Below, in pieces: positions 23,701 through 46,600 of a stretch of DNA of 64,000 nucleotides (position 1 is its first letter; the number at the start of each line of letters is the position of its first letter). The stretch lies in the NCBI GenBank assembly GCA_040954595.2, contig CM082581.2:5758699-5822698 (forward strand), read 5' to 3'. Made by a program: the position numbers and the translations under genes. The notes below the pieces were generated by a model. That model did not search any database. It had not been told where the DNA came from and saw nothing but the letters and a program-made list of their open reading frames with translations. This DNA comes from Balanoglossus misakiensis (Eukaryota; Animalia; Hemichordata).

Positions 23701-26496
23701 TGAGATAACCCTAATGAGGTCAACAACTTTGACGTCTGAGAACACAGTCAGTTTAGTTTGGTATTGTGGCTACCCATTGTCGCTAGGCAACAGTTGACAG
23801 ATAACCATCCTCGAATTCTGGCTTTGCACCAACAGCGCTAGATATACTGATTAGTCCGGTCTTTGTCCGGAAGTGCGGGGACTAAAAATACCAGGAGTCA
23901 GAAATCCATAGATTGTTTGCATGCAGAGCAATGTGTGTGTGCTTGGAACCTTGCCAGTGACTGCAAACCAACATGTGTGTGAAATCACCTGAAACCAAAG
24001 AACTGACAATGCACATCTGGTTGCTAGGTGACACTGGCGAAGCTCTAACCACTTGTACTTGAAATTGGCTATTTTTGTTATTTTCTGCGCCCATTTGGCT
24101 TCAAGCGCCGTTGTTGGAATGTTCAATAACCTTCACATCCGTCTGTCTTCTGTTTTTCGCTGTGAATATTTTTACAGAATCACAGACAGCGTACACAAAT
24201 TTGCCGTGGCAACTGTCGTAATTTGAATCCTTCAATGTCATTTAATTAATTAAACCCTTTTTTTTTCTGAGTAGGATGTCAACTTTGACATAGAGAACAA
24301 TGGAGTTGGATCAAGATGTAGTGAAAAGGTACTGTAGATCGAGCAACCAATGATTGTATAATGCATCTGTTCACAGCACAACGTACTGACAGTATAACAC
24401 AACACAACACAACACGGCACAGTAACAAGGCAGCAAGCAGAACCAGCCAACAAAACCAGGAACTGGACAGTTGCTTGACCCTGGTATGACCTTTGCATCC
24501 TGGTACTTCTAATGGATTTTGCACATCCCTCAGTATAGAGCTTTTCTAGCTGAGTGGCACTGGCAGGCAAGAACAATGCCTATTTTCCTTCTAGAATTTG
24601 ACACCAATTCATTACTCATTATTCTCTGACACAACTGCTAGGATGTAAGGTCAAGTAGGGTCACACAAAGGGACTGCTTCCTGGTCGATATCCTGGGTTT
24701 GTTCTGATTGCATGGCCTTGAAAAAATTTCGACAAAACATGAGGTTTTATGTATCTTTTACCGTTTCCTTGAGTTTATTTTGTTCCAAAACCTGAAAAGA
24801 AATCTTGAAGTTTCATAATTGATATACACAGTTCCTTATCGAGTATAAAAAATGCAATATTCCATCAAAATTAGCACAGCTTATAACGGTCGACAAATAG
24901 CCATTACCACGTGTTAATGCACCCCTCATTTCCATTGCACACTTTCTGTGAAAAACACTGAGGTCTTTTGACCTGTGTTTGACAATTTGTACGTTCTTTG
25001 TGTGCCTGTGCGTTATCTGCATTCACATCTTCCAACAATCTCCCTAGTTGTCCTAATTCAAAATGAAGCAAGGTCATACAGGGAGACTACAAGCCGATTA
25101 CAAACACCGATAGTAGAAGATATTTCACCGAGCAGAGAAATTTATGCATGTGGGGCACTGCAGCTATCCTTCCATGTTATTTTTGGGTGATTTTTGTCCC
25201 CGTTGACTGAAAAATGCTGAAGGCTGTGGTTCTTCAAATATCAACTCATACCGGCTTGCACTATGATGACGTAAAAATCTCAGCACACTGAAGGCAATTT
25301 CTGGTATGTAAATTAGGTCACTGTTGTGTTTGCAGAGAGTGTGAGAGAAAGTCTCCATCACTTGAGTTCACCACGTTTCAGTAAGAAGAATATGAATGAT
25401 CGCCAACATGAAAGGAAATATCTAAAAGGACAAAATAAGTGACGTTATCCATATAAATACCTAGGGGTTGACAATGTCAACATAACATATGCAAAAACAA
25501 TTGCACTTTTCAGATATGCTGTAAATGAGACGAGACTAGCTTCAGACCCTAACACAGGGAGCCCATTAAGGGCTTACTTATCTCTCACAAGGAACTACCC
25601 ATTAACAACTTTGTGAATATGTAAATTTCGTGACAGCAAATCTTGCAAGCCTGAGGTTTTATTGAGCCTTCTCCGACACCTGCCCATTTCTGGCGAATTC
25701 TGCACTTGAAATTGTCACAAAGGTATTAAAAAGCGATTGCTAGGACTATAGAGCCTAAATATGCACATACATTATAATTATATGCCCCACTGCCCCAATC
25801 ACTGATTGAGTCACGGATAACATTTTGTGGATTGGCATTTTGTAGGAGAAAAATGTGTGTTGCTTGTAAAATTTGCACTTCATGAGATATATAGAGTTCT
25901 AAAAATTTTCCACAGATTTTGACATTTCTATAAGATTCAATAGGAATAGGGTAAAAAATTACATAGAAATGTAAAGTCATTCATAGAAATTCCATAAATT
26001 TCACTAGAAATTCTATAGGCTACAGAATTCTATAGATGTTTATAAAATGTTTTTGTAAAAGTATGCATTGACCCTGTCAAACTGGTTTGGAAGAAAAGTT
26101 TTAGATGATGTCATAGGTCACCAGATCAGGGTGCAAAGGTTACACAAACTTTTGCAGACTGACAGATGGCCAGATTGTTTTTAGGGGCATTTGTCCCAAA
26201 TCTTGTAAGAAAATTCTTGTCTGGTTTTGAAACTAGGCAATGCCATAAGAAAGAAATCTTATCAGAAAGAAATTGTGCGTTTTCCATTGAATCCTCAAAC
26301 ATCTTTAGAAATGTTCCAAGGATGCAAATTTTAAGTTAAAATACAATGCAAAGCACACTCACCAAAAAAGAGTTTTGAAAGTCCCCCATTTTGTGATTTT
26401 TGTGTCCTTTAAAATGTGAGTTACACTTACAACTCAAACAGTGTACTCTCACTATTGTCCAATAAAAGATCTTGGAGCTGTAAATTGTTCTCACTG

Positions 26497-28472
26497 CTAT
26501 TGCAAAGGCCAGACTTGTTTCGGTCCCTTCCACTCAAATAAACCCCACATCAATCCCTTCTCTCGTTCCATTTTATACCCAAGACAATGCGACACATACC
26601 TCACTTTGTGCATGACTCGGTCTCGGTTGCGGTGCTGGTGACCGTGAACGTGAACTCGGGACCCCAGCCGCCGGATCTGGGCCTCCAGAAGTTTGCACCC
26701 GGCGAAGCGCGTGAAGTTGAAGCCGTCGGCGGCGCCCTGACGCTGCAGCTTCATGTCGGGGATGGACAGCAGCCGCCGCTCCCTCTCGACGGCCTCGTCG
26801 TCTTCCTTGTACGCCAGGATCAGGTCGGACCGCGGCAGGAAGTGGCTGAAGCTGATGACGGGGACGTCGTACCGCTTGACGCGCTCCTCGTTGAGCGCCG
26901 CGAAGTACTTCGACTTGGTGGTGTCCAGGTGCGGCCACGCGCAGTAGTGGTTGTCCATCCACATCTTGTTCATCTTGTCCACGTCTTCCGGGTGCGGTCC
27001 GCGGATGTACAAGGAATCGTCCAGGTCCTCCTCCGGCGTGGAATACCAGGAGTGCAGCGGAACGATCATGACGTCTTCTCCCTCGTCGATCTCGACTTTC
27101 GCCGGTTTAGTGTGGACGCCGATCGACTGACACATTGACAAGATATCATGGAATTTGACAATCGAATCCTTGAAGGTGGGACTGGATCTTCGTGGGTCTT
27201 TTCTTAGCCATAATTCATGATTACCTGTGGAAAATGCAACATAAATTGACTTTAGTATGAGTCATTGAGTTTCTCTATACAAATGACAAACAGCTAGAAA
27301 TTAAAAGTGTTACTACAGTCAAACCTTTGTTAGTGTCCACCTCTATACAGTGAAAACCTGTCTATAGTGGCCAATTTGTTAAAGTCCTTGGGCAATTTAC
27401 ATGTGCTTTAATGGACCTGTCTATAAAAGCCACCTTTTTATAAAGAACATTTTAGGAAAGCCCCTTTGACCCTGTGATACATGTATACATGTACTAGTTC
27501 TTGAGACTGAAGAAAAAGTATATTACCCTATAGAGGGCAGTCTACAACACAACACAACACACACATCATTCAGTGACTCTGAGTAGCCAGCCATGCATAT
27601 ACAATTCTTGTAAATCATAAAAAGATAGGTACTTTGTGTGTAGGGTTAAATCTTCATGTTTGATTTACTGTCCAAAAAGCAACAAGTCTCTCTTTTCTTT
27701 CCATTATGGTAACGCTTGGCTTTAATACTGGGATGTGAAGATGTATTGTTGTGCTTTCTTTTGCAATGTGGTATCTTGATATGCGTGCTCTGTTCTATTC
27801 TTTGCAATGTGAAGTCAACTATCACCTCTGTTTTGTCGACACTTAAATCCAAGTTATTATTCATCCACCAATCCAAAGTAGTCTCTATCCATGCATCTTT
27901 TTCATCAGACTAATATGGAGGGCGCTCTCAGTGACTATGTACAAACATACACAAGCATTGAAATGAACAAGCTGATCAAGCTATCACTAATAAGATAGCC
28001 TTGGGTTAACTATCCGCCAAGCAAGAGGGTCTACTTCTGGTTCCGCGACATTGATTCCGCTCCTGCAGTATTACTTAACAAATTTTGTTGGAAACACCTG
28101 GATAAACGATGGCGCTCCTACATCACGTGCCGTTATATACTAGTACATGACCCCCCCCCCTCCCTTAGCGAATCGTCTTTAGATCATTGACATGCATGCC
28201 TTACCTGGAACATAAAACACAGAGTTGAATTTCTTCTGAAGCAATACCAGCGTGGCTTCCAGTAGAGGTAGATTGTCTGTCACATCGCCGGCAACAATCA
28301 GTACATCGCTTCTGTAGTCGTGATCAGACCATTTTTCAATCCACTTGAAGTTTTCAGGATGGTCCACGTGGAGGTCTGAAATGGCAAATACTCGTCGGCG
28401 AATCATCTTCAAATGTATCTGCTTGGTACAGCCGTGAAGTCGGTTTGAAAATTCAAGCACGGACCTCCACAT
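26497..28472 (-). CDS. Calcineurin-like metallophosphoesterase, acyl-carrier-protein phosphodiesterase PptH-like; complement(join(26497..27224,28205..28472)), 331 aa (309 aa if it starts at ATG 28406)
   Basis: All metallophosphoesterase motifs are present: AISDLH, LIVAGDV, VPG|NHELW (split by a phase-1 GT-AG intron at 27225-28204), SHFLP and HGHQH, plus a C-terminal CLGYxxE. The motif contexts resemble my recollection of mycobacterial PptH (AISDLH, LIVAGDV, VPGNHELW, GHLH, VGYPRE). Confidence 0.9.
27314..27460 (+). mobile_element. Fragment of a Tc1/mariner-pogo-like non-autonomous DNA element in the phosphoesterase intron
   Basis: It begins TA|CAGTCAAACCT, a terminus typical of this class, followed by repeated ACCTGTCTATA-like subunits. 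The right TIR was not found. Confidence 0.4.
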
Positions 28473-28796
28473 AACCTGACACGAACAAAACAGGATGCCG
28501 GTATTTCACAACGATACCAGCAACTTGCTTCATACCCGGAAAACATACTGTGTAAAGTGTAAAAACAGGTCAAAGGTTAATCCGCACCACGAGGTTCTGA
28601 AGGAGAAAGACAATACATTTGTATGTTGCAAAAAATCGGGTTCCATTGAGTGAAAAGTGACATAATGTTTGGAAACCCATAGTACAAGCACATATCCATG
28701 AAACATGCAACATGACGATGCAAATGTACGGACAGACTTTGTTGCTTTGAATATATAGTTAAAAACTATGCACGTCGTCAGCTTGCCTAGTAGCTC

Positions 28797-28868
28797 GCCG
28801 TGATCGTCTAGTGGTTAGGACATTGCGTTGTGGCCGCAATAACCCAGGTTCGAATCCTGGTCTCGGCA
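28797..28868 (+). tRNA. tRNA-His (GTG), with one acceptor-stem mismatch
   Basis: GCCGTGATCGTCTAGTGGTTAGGACATTGCGTTGTGGCCGCAATAACCCAGGTTCGAATCCTGGTCTCGGCA, 72 nt. A and B boxes are intact, the anticodon stem TTGCG/CGCAA encloses GTG, and oligo-T terminators lie at about 28905-28924. Confidence 0.93.
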
Positions 28869-30043
28869 TTATCGTAGCGGGTAATGTTACGGCATTGGCA
28901 AGTATTTTTTGGATATATTTTTTTACCCTCCTTTTTTTCTTCCTTTTCTTTTTATTTGCTCGACAGGGAGATTATTTCCCGTTTTGAGGGGCCTGTTTTT
29001 ATTTCTTCACACTTTTTTTACACTCGCGAGCTGATCCCGGAATGACAAAGGATCTCGAACATATCAACGTAGATGGCGCTAAGGCGATTAGTGTACTCTC
29101 AGCACACTTTCAACATATTCAAAACATGCAGATCGCAATTTTTTTAAATTTTCGGCTGCCAATGTCAAATTGTGGTCGAGTCAACGACCCTTACGAGATG
29201 ATTTTTTTAAAGTCAGTTCGTCTTGTGCATAGATATCGCAAAGGGAATTTGTAATTATCGGGATAGAGAGAAGAGTTTTCATCTCGCTACTTCTATCTGT
29301 AAACCACTTTGCAATTGACTTATACGATCAATCGATCTCCTAAATCATTACTAGTAAAATATATACCAACAACGACGGCGTTGGCTTAAAATAGGCAAAA
29401 ATAGGCCCTTTTTACTCCGAGATATAGAAAATTTAAGAACTCACATGTGATGAGGCAACTTAGTGGTCACCAAATACCTCACATATAACTCATGAGATAC
29501 ACCGACCATCGCAGTCTTTTAAACTGTGACAGAATTATTGTAAAATTAACTTGCATGTCAATTTTATTCCGCGTCGAATCATCAAACTTGAATTTACTGT
29601 CGCCCACCAACGATGTTTTGAAAGCACAACCAGTAATTAAACCGTTGTCTAAAATTAAAATAAAAAAGCTAGCTAATTAATAAAACGAGTAACTGTTGTA
29701 AAAGAATAGCTTGTCAAAATAATTTCTCTCCGTCTTTCAGAAAACAAAATGTCTCCTGCAACATCATGCTCTCCTTTGTCAGTGCAATTACGTCAATATT
29801 TATACATCGCTAATGAGTTGTAATTAGCGGTTTCCAATGAAAGCCTCCACCGGGAGATGTGTTAATTAGCGTTTCAAAGCAAAATTTCCTTTATAAAGCA
29901 CTGGTCATAATGGGTATGATTTGAGTTTGCTAAAGTGAAAAAAAAATATCAAACTTAAACAGTGATTGGCAAGTGACCCACAGGAGAAAGGAATGACGAA
30001 CTTCGAAATAAAACTCTCGGGAGAGTAAACGTTTCATTGTGTT

Positions 30044-30190
<147 letters not shown>

Positions 30191-31882
30191 GTCTGGGTTT
30201 TCCTACTTTTTAGGGGGTTTGAAACGTAAGCCGCATACATAAAATGCCAAAATAGCAATCGTTCATTTGATCATAGACATCTACTGTCTATGATTTGATA
30301 AACTTTCACAGCGTACGCTTAATTACAAAAGAGTTCAACAAGTTTCTCACAGTTGCTGCGTGCGCAATACAAGTATGACAGCGGCCGTCAATGTTGTGGA
30401 AACAACGACAATTTGTGGTCCATTGTACTATTGGGCAGATCGTTAAATCAGTTTCGGTGCGCGAAAACTCGACTTGTAAACTTGTTCAGACCCCAGAATT
30501 TGTCTTCGAATATTAGTCAAGTCTTTTCCGTACAAAGTTTCATAAGAATACCAGATAATTGTGTCTCAAATCTGTTGAAATTTCCGCAAACTTGGATGCG
30601 ATGTAAACCCTCGAAAACAGCGGCAGTCTTCTGCAGCTACTCGTCTCTCTGTCAAAACACAACATTTTTTTCTTGCTGAATAGAGCGATTAATTCACAGA
30701 GAAACCCTGGACCATCGGACCTGGGGCTTGGGTACCGTTATGTTCTCACGCTGCCACACCGGGAACACGTTTGTCCGGGAACAATGACCGGGAATTCGCT
30801 TATTCAGCTCGGGCACAGGCAGGGGTCTCTTTGGTATTTGGACGTTCTCCCGTACACAGCCAGACGCACGGTATAAACCGGCGCCGCAAGTTGGCAACAC
30901 AAGGAGAGGGGCGTGTAATGGGAGGAGGGAGGGCGGGCGACACGGGGGGAAATGTGCCCACAAGAAGAGGATAAAATATCAAACAAATTAATTCAAATAA
31001 AAGCGTTGGTATATTTCTTGCCGAGAGAGAAAAAAAGAGCAAAATCAATAATGAGGAATAGACGACAACGTGTTGTCTGCAACAAAGAACATTTAAAAAA
31101 TTGAATTCATATTGACGTGTATAGAATCACTGCGTCAAGGCCGGTCCTGTACGCGCCACAACATACAATGACTTTAACTTCCCTCGTTAACTTAAAGATC
31201 TGTCACCGTTAACTCAAAATCAGCTGTTTTGTCAGAATGACAAAAAACTTCCATCTTATATTGTTATTGGGTCATCGTAATGTCACCGTTTTGTTATCAC
31301 GTTCTAGTAAGACCACCGTGCCAGCAATGCCATATCAAATTAGATTTATTAATTTTACCCAAGGGTTTGTACTAGTAGATAGATTCCGATTTGTCAAACC
31401 TCGGTGCATTTTACATAACTCTACATCTACATGAAATAATTACTTTAAATTATGTTAATCACCTAGAACACACAAACTTTGATTTATCCGATTAAACCAC
31501 GTTCTTTTCGTGACGTCATCTCCTGCGGTGCGGTATGACGTGGGATATTTTTTTTTCAGTTTCTGTAATGAGAAGACAGTGTTATTCGTTCACGTGCTCT
31601 TGGCTTAAAATTGAGATCGAATTGCCGTTTATTTGTTTGTTTATTTTCTTCAACGTCTTTCACCCGCTACGACCAATTTAGTAGCTTTCCGGTAATACAT
31701 TCAATTTTCAGACAACTAGTACTTGTCGGGGATTCACTGTTTAGTAAGTGATTTTTGTCGCTAAGTGTTGTGCTCGAGTCCTGTACGCTTCGGGTTTTTT
31801 TGGTAGTGAAGACATACGAACAATGAGCTTTTTTCACATGGGTTGCGTCGGTTCTGAACTGAGTGACTGATATTCGCACACC

Positions 31883-32093
31883 GTATACTCCAATCCGATT
31901 AAAATCAGATGTAGGGAACGGCGACGTGTTTTTTTTTATGCTGTCGCCTGGCACATGCGCGATTTCAACGGGGGCTTCAGTGGGAGTGACCGTGGTCAGA
32001 TGTAGTGTGAGGTGACAGCATAAAAAACACCGTACCGCGTAAGTAAGAGACGTCGCCGTTCCCTACGTCTGATTTTAATCAGCTTGGGTATAC
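31883..32093. mobile_element. MITE with about 45-bp terminal inverted repeats
   Basis: Left arm GTATACTCCAATCCGATTAAAATCAGATGTAGGGAACGGCGACGT (31883-31927) is the near-perfect reverse complement of the right arm ACGTCGCCGTTCCCTACGTCTGATTTTAATCAGCTTGGGTATAC (32050-32093). The interior is non-coding. Confidence 0.8.
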
Positions 32094-33091
32094 TCCTACC
32101 GCTTAGGGCTGGCCACGGCCACATAGAGGGACGGTGGGCTGGCAAACGGGGGCCCTAGAGTCGAATGCAAATTCGCCAATTAGCTCACACAACAAAACTG
32201 TTAATGTGACAATGGCCCTAACCAAACAAAAAGGTGAGTTGAACAACTCCTTTCAGACTTGCGATGTCAAGAAAATAAGCATTGGAGACATCCCAATGGC
32301 AAACGGACAGGTATTGTCAGGGAATCATTTAACATTAATTTCTAAAGAAAACCACGAAGCAACGCCGAAGCCCGCGCTCAGCCATGCAGCCGCGATGGAA
32401 TAGCGGTAATTTCGGTTGGGGTCGTGGGTAAATCGAAGACGGTTTTGATTTTAGGTCGCTGGTCAAACTTGCGGTGGCGATGAATTATTTTATTGCTTTT
32501 AAAGCTGTATCTGTGGTAGAGGATGAAGCACATTTTTCTCTCTCTCTTTCTCTCGAGAAATGCTTTGTTACGTAGTGTCTGATCCCTGCGTACAGCGGTG
32601 GGCGTTTTGGTGTAATTAACGCCAACAATGCACGGGTCTTCTTCCTGCCAGACTCGCCCGGCCACATTGTCCGTACTCACAAACAAGGTGACTCCAGCAA
32701 TTACGCCATAGGCACGATACAAGTCGCTGCCACACCAACGTTCCAAAGGAAGGCATTCAGGCTATTCAGCGGTCGATTGTGAAGAATCTGCCCGCTAGTA
32801 GAGGCTTAAGAGCCGTGAGCTGATTACGGTGGCCAATGAAGGGAACAGCAATAGAATAGATTCGCTTGTCACTCATCGATGACATGACAGCCCGAACACA
32901 AAACAGAAGGAGCAACCGACACTGACAGCTACAGCGTTGTGTGTTGGGCGACCAGACGGGACCTACTAACGCCTATCACACACAAAAAACCTATATCATA
33001 AGCCTTGTCACTTTTCGGAGAGTCAGTCGCCATCTGCGGGGTCAGATCTTGTATCTTCTTTTTTTTTTAATATTTCCCCCAGCGAACAGCC

Positions 33092-43629
<10,538 letters not shown>

Positions 43630-46600
43630 AACTTCAGAAAATCCGTCCGGTTTCGTCTTTCAACAACTTAAACTTCATACAGTCTTATACAGAGAGCAAC
43701 AGGACACCTGTAATGAACTTATAAAAATACAATTGCGATGCGATACTTTTGTAACTTTCCATTTCTCTTTTGATACGAAGAACTGAAAAAATTATCTTTC
43801 ACGAGACTTTAAGTTTATTTGTGATGCACTGTGTCATTTAATGATGTGGACATACTCCGTGCCAGCAGACGACGGAACTTCGGGAAGGTGGAGCAAGATA
43901 GCACGCTGAATGCTATTACATGATGACCCTACAGACCTGATACGAGTCGGCAACTACGTCGAATGGTGTGTAAGTGGGCACCATACCTGACCAACACCGT
44001 ATAGTATGTAGATTGACATTTTTGTGCGGTTTTAGACGTATACACGGGCAAACGTTGCGACACGGGAGTTTTAAATGATCATGTGACAAAATATATTTCT
44101 ATAAAGATCAAGTTGCTCTCATGAGAACGCGAATGAAAGTTTGCTCTCAATTACCTATCTTATGGTACGTCGTCGTGACAAAGATGTTTTGACGGTTCAA
44201 ATCTCTCGGTTACATCGCTTCCAGAATGATTGTCTCAGTCTTCCAAATAAACAGTGGTTAAAAAGGGGGGAATCAGAATGTAAAAATTAAACGTTAAATG
44301 GTTTTAAAAATACAATGCAAAGTATTTACAATTTAGTTTCAGGTGAGAATCATAAACCAAGTCAGTATTATTGAATGTATGTCAAGTAAGCATATATTGC
44401 CCCCACAGTGTTTTGGCCCGGGGTGGGGCTTATCTGGAGGACGGGGTCGCATCCAAAATGTCAGAGAACAAAGGTCGCCCGAATTTCGGAGATACATGTA
44501 GGAAATCACACCACTTTGAGAAAGAGACTGTATGTCGACGACTCAAGGAAGCATTTTGACATGAATTCAGCACACATGAAATGTGCTGCTGGGGGACGGC
44601 GAAGCAGTTGCATGCATCGGATACTCTGTCACTGCTCGCCAACAATTAATGTGGGTGAATATGTGATAACCATAGTTCGGCTGTAGAGAGGCATTTTACT
44701 AGTACTTACAAACAGAGAGCGTAGTTTTCTCGTAAACAGTAGAACGTTGTCATCTTTGCCGGCACGGTATCGTATTTGTCGGCCGAAATATTGTTCGAAA
44801 TCACCAGATGGCCTTAAGTAACAGAAACTGATTTCTTCATTAACCAGTTTGAAGACGTAGACCTTGTATTCCTAAACTGTGAAATTCTAGGGGAACGTGA
44901 TATTTCTCCAATGCAACTTTTTATACTGCCGGAATATCAATAAGATAATGACAAGATCGTGTTCTGTCGATTATCAACTTTATATGACTAATTTTATATT
45001 TTACTACATTTCATACGGTTGTCAAAACAACAGGACAGAAAGCGAATATCTTTCACAAGTCTTACACTGGTTAACACTTTATCATCATTCTTAGTTTCTT
45101 TTTTCATGTATGTGTTTATCTGAATATATAATACACTTCAACCATTAGATGGAAGAATCTCAAAATTGGACTTGTAACCAAAGCAAAAAGCGATGTTTGA
45201 CGCTGCGGGATTTAGAGAGATGGATGTAACATTACAATTACTGCAAGAACGCAGTCGGAAATTTCATCTCTGATCAAAATATCAAGGAATATTTCATAAG
45301 TTATAGCAGGCTTAACAGTTACTGTATTTAGCTCTAGTAAGGACAGGTGGAAATGACACTGCTATAAATTGAATAAATAGTTTATGCCAACACTTTTACC
45401 AGATGGACTGTGCTGTCGTTTTTAAAGGATAAGAGCCCTCATCATTGCGTTGTGTACTTGTTTGAAAACTTCGGAAATGCAATTATGCCGGAATAGAATA
45501 CCGTCCGTACGGATTCGTGCAACGGACGTCTTCGATTGTCAACCTGGCATCACATGCCCAGTCTGTGTGTATATCTGCGTAGCATTGGATGTGAGGAGTG
45601 TGGGGACCCGACCACCAGCATTACAACACCTCGACTGGGTTCCTCCGTCCCTCTTTATGTCCATTGTGGCGGGCAATTGTCTCAGTGGATAAAGGAGCGT
45701 CGGACCACCTCCCAAGCAGTCCTCTAAAGGGTTTCTGTGCTGCATAGGCTGCCTATTTATTAGCCGGGGACTTGTGACTGGGTCGCAGCGATCAATCAAA
45801 ACTAACAAGCCGGCTACCGCATCAATCGCGCAGACGTCACCCCATTCAAGCGCATGCCCTAAGCCCCTCAATGAGCCTAACACCGTCAATGAAACAAAAA
45901 GTTTAGCATTACCGGGCCAGCCTCCTTCTAACAGTCGTGATTACGCCGCCCTTTTCTTCCTATACCCTTAATGACCCCCCTTTACGACGCTCGGCCATTG
46001 TGTTGTGGGCTATGGCCAGCTGTCAATAATAGCGCCAGAATTGGCTCCAAATGACAATTAGGTGATTTGGAATGACAGAAGTCGCCGTTAAGATCGATGT
46101 GGTAGCCACACGTACAGTTGTCGATAAAGCGGTCGCAGCGTTTAACCGGCAGTAACCCTGTCTCCGTGCGATCGCCAGCACCCCACCTCGCCACGAGTGT
46201 TTTGAGTTTACGCCAGTAAATTAAAAGCTCGCTGTATCGATGCTCACCAACCTTACCAACCATCCGTCACCTACAGAGACAAAAAGCAAACCAACCCGTG
46301 CAGAATACATATGAAATCCACCAAGTCAATAACTGGCCATATATACTTGTACAAATGTACATGTACTTAATAATGAACTATGCGGGGTTTGGCAGATGGT
46401 ATAACCACAGAGATCTTGTCCAATTGTCTGTGGTATAACTTACACATTTGTGTGTTACATCTTTCGCCCCCAACCCGACCTCAACTGTACGGACAACACG
46501 CCAGGTTTCTTTTCACTATATAAGAATTTGTTAAGCCACCTTCCTGTACTTTGGAATCCTCGAATCACGCCCATCCTTGTGTTTAATATCATCTTTATTC

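Noticed and set aside
26573-27138. Overlapping ORFs of 183, 129 and 64 aa
   Set aside because: These are shadow frames kept open by the high GC3 of the real phosphoesterase exon.
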